Shown: positions 62,020 to 64,000 of the stretch, one piece after another
How positions within the stretch are numbered: the first letter of the stretch is position 1
How the letters are laid out: each line of letters opens with the position of its first letter
Source of the DNA: a virus
Virus record (IMG/VR): IMGVR_UViG_3300045973_000675
Location: 1-64,000 of that record
Reading direction: 5' to 3' (one strand)
Length of the DNA: 64,000 nt
Notes under the pieces: model-generated
What the model was told of the DNA's origin: nothing
The model's input: the letters and a program-made list of their open reading frames with translations, nothing else
Databases searched by the model: none
Program-made: the position numbers and the translations under genes

Positions 62020-63846
62020 TCACCCCTGCACCGTCAGCAGCACCGTCCGGACGTTGGTGCCCTGGTCGCGGAAAGTACCGTCGGGAAGCTCTTCCCACGT
62101 GGTGGCGAGTGGGCGAAGCTCGGCTTGCTGGCGGGGGCCATCGGCACAAATCGCGACCAGGCGACCGCCGGGCTTGAGAAATTTCAGCGCGTGGCGAATG
62201 TGCTGGCAGTCCTGACCCTTTCCGAAGGGCGGGTTCATCAACACGCGGCGGAACTTCGTCGACGCATCTTCGGGTTCCTCAAGCTGCAAAAAATCACAGG
62301 CAATGACATCAGCGTTCCCTTGCAGTCGGAGCGCATCCGCGAGACGAACGTCAATCTCAATGGCGAGCGGCATCTCTGCCACCAGGCCACGCAGTGCTCG
62401 CAAGATATTCCCCGTCCCCGCGCTCGGCTCAAGCACGTGGTCCCCTGGCTCGATGCCGGCGAGTTCAACCATGCGGGCCGCCAGTGCCGGCGGGGTCGAG
62501 AAAAGCTGCGGTGCCGCCACGACCTGCACCCCGGCCTTGAGCGCCTGCTTGACCGCCTCGAATGGCGCGGCCTCTTGTGCCGCCTTCTCGCGCTCGGGTG
62601 CGTACGCTTTGCTAGCTTCCACCCGCGCGCGTGCCTCCTCGGTCTTGCGGGTGAGCAGCACCTGGCGGGCGGCTTCAATCTCGGCGGCCTTCGCCTTCAC
62701 CACTTCGGCGCCGGGCCGCGGATGCTGCTTGGAGTCCGTCAGGTAGACCACGGACAGCCCGTAGCGCGCTCCCGGCCGGTGGAGCATCGCCGTCCTCAGT
62801 CGGTGCGTGCCGTCGGCGGAAACACAGGTGCCCTTGTAGTCGGCGTGGATTTTCGCCCACTCGGCCTTGGTGATGCCGACCAGCTCCACCTCGACGTCGT
62901 CCTCGGCGTTGCGCCGGTGATCGCGCGTCTTGACCCGGCCGCCGTAATTCAGGATTGGCAGCGCGGCCTTGGTCGGCTTCTTGGGTGGTGGCGTGTAGCC
63001 ACTGCCGGCGAGGAGCGCGCGCTCGTAGGTCAAACGGTGATCGATGTGGGCGATCCATCGGTTGGACTCGTCGATGATCCGCGCGTGGTTCTCCGAGTAG
63101 CGGGCTTGTGCGTCGGCGGCGATCATCCTGCCGCTTTCGATCTCGGACCACAATCCGCGCATGGAGCGATCGAGGTTCGCGATGTGGGCGGCGCGTTCCT
63201 GGAACGTGCTGGCCTCGCCGCTCGTCTTGGAGATGCTTCCATCCTGGTCTAGGCGCTGCCACAGGGCCAGGAACGACGCGCTGGCCTTCAGATCGCGCTC
63301 GTGGCTGCGCCGGTCCGCTTCGAGCTTCTTGATCCGGCGGGCCCGCACGTCCGGCCGCTCGTTGCGTTCGGCGTGCGCGAGGGTGCCAGCGGCGCGCGCG
63401 GCCCAGTAGGTCGACGTCTCCCAGAGCTTGACCGTGCGGCGCATGCCGTTTTCGATCTTCGCGGCGTCGCGCTCGGCCCGGCGCTGAGAATGGTGACCTA
63501 TCAAGATCGGCTGGCCAAATGGGATACCGTCCGCACGTGCCGATACCGCGGCGCGGGCTTGGTGCGCTTCGGCGGCGCGCTTGCCCCGGTAGTCGGAGAA
63601 TCGCGAGGCGCGGGCGGCGGCGCGCTCTTCCAGGCTCGTGCTCTCCTCGTCGATGTCGCCGGCCAGCTCGACCAGCAGATCCTCGCGGGCGGGCGACCAC
63701 ACCGCGAAGAAAAGATCCTGCTTGGGCGCCCAGCCGAAGCCCGCTGCCTTCACGCGGGCGTAGGTTTCGGAGTCGAGGCGGGCACTGGCGCGCAGGCGGA
63801 GCTTGTCGTCGGAGCAATCAAACGTGGCATCAAAATCGGTGGTCAT
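62020..63846 (-). CDS. DUF3560 domain fused to an amino-methyltransferase
   Basis: DDKLRLRA..GF.WAPKQ, IPFGQPILIGHHS; LEPSAGTG and MNPPF; SD GGAG. Confidence 0.9.
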   Translation of the reverse strand: MTTDFDATFDCSDDKLRLRASARLDSETYARVKAAGFGWAPKQDLFFAVWSPAREDLLVELAGDIDEESTSLEERAAARASRFSDYRGKRAAEAHQARAAVSARADGIPFGQPILIGHHSQRRAERDAAKIENGMRRTVKLWETSTYWAARAAGTLAHAERNERPDVRARRIKKLEADRRSHERDLKASASFLALWQRLDQDGSISKTSGEASTFQERAAHIANLDRSMRGLWSEIESGRMIAADAQARYSENHARIIDESNRWIAHIDHRLTYERALLAGSGYTPPPKKPTKAALPILNYGGRVKTRDHRRNAEDDVEVELVGITKAEWAKIHADYKGTCVSADGTHRLRTAMLHRPGARYGLSVVYLTDSKQHPRPGAEVVKAKAAEIEAARQVLLTRKTEEARARVEASKAYAPEREKAAQEAAPFEAVKQALKAGVQVVAAPQLFSTPPALAARMVELAGIEPGDHVLEPSAGTGNILRALRGLVAEMPLAIEIDVRLADALRLQGNADVIACDFLQLEEPEDASTKFRRVLMNPPFGKGQDCQHIRHALKFLKPGGRLVAICADGPRQQAELRPLATTWEELPDGTFRDQGTNVRTVLLTVQG

Positions 63847-64000
63847 GGTCTGGATTCTCCGGTGGTGGATTGCGGGGAGGTGGCCAGCCTCCGTTTGCAG
63901 CCCTCCCACTGAGCCTGCGTGCAGTGGGGCTCGCGGAAGTCCTGGCAGGCCTCAAGCTCGGGCGGGCAGTCCTGGACAATATGGGAGAGCACGAAGCGCA

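Noticed and set aside
30-63912. Numerous long plus-strand and alternate-frame ORFs (e.g. 12277..13662, 16293..17531, 23405..24499, 7402..8760)
   Set aside because: Shadow frames of high-GC coding DNA overlapping genes with recognisable motifs.

Overview
A 64-kb segment of a GC-rich temperate tailed phage with a contractile tail (myovirus), almost entirely encoded on the minus strand and apparently in its excised form, because attP is intact with phage genes on both sides. Read right to left it contains: a DUF3560-methyltransferase gene; a divergent RHH/HTH immunity-type switch (~61.7 kb); early recombination genes (Cas4-like protein, ExoX-like exonuclease, Sak4-like ATPase, SSB, SMC-like ATPase); accessory genes; a tyrosine integrase with attP carrying the 3' half of tRNA-Arg(ACG); DNA modification and replication genes (C5 and amino methyltransferases, PAPS-reductase family, initiator with an internal iteron array, DnaC-like loader); two paralogous sigma-region-4-only proteins; TerS/TerL; a five-gene fibre cassette; portal, head, neck and eCIS-like tail genes. 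The sigma4-only family and the SSB suggest a Myxococcota host (inference). The main non-obvious signals are a family of late promoters placed to make leaderless mRNAs, possibly read with a phage sigma4 mimic; a 69-nt tRNA-Ala/tmRNA-like RNA; fibre-type proteins with signal peptides; attP in the middle of the early operon; a shared C-terminal motif in two head proteins; and a -1 frameshift in the tail chaperone. All product calls come from motif recognition by eye; no database search was run.
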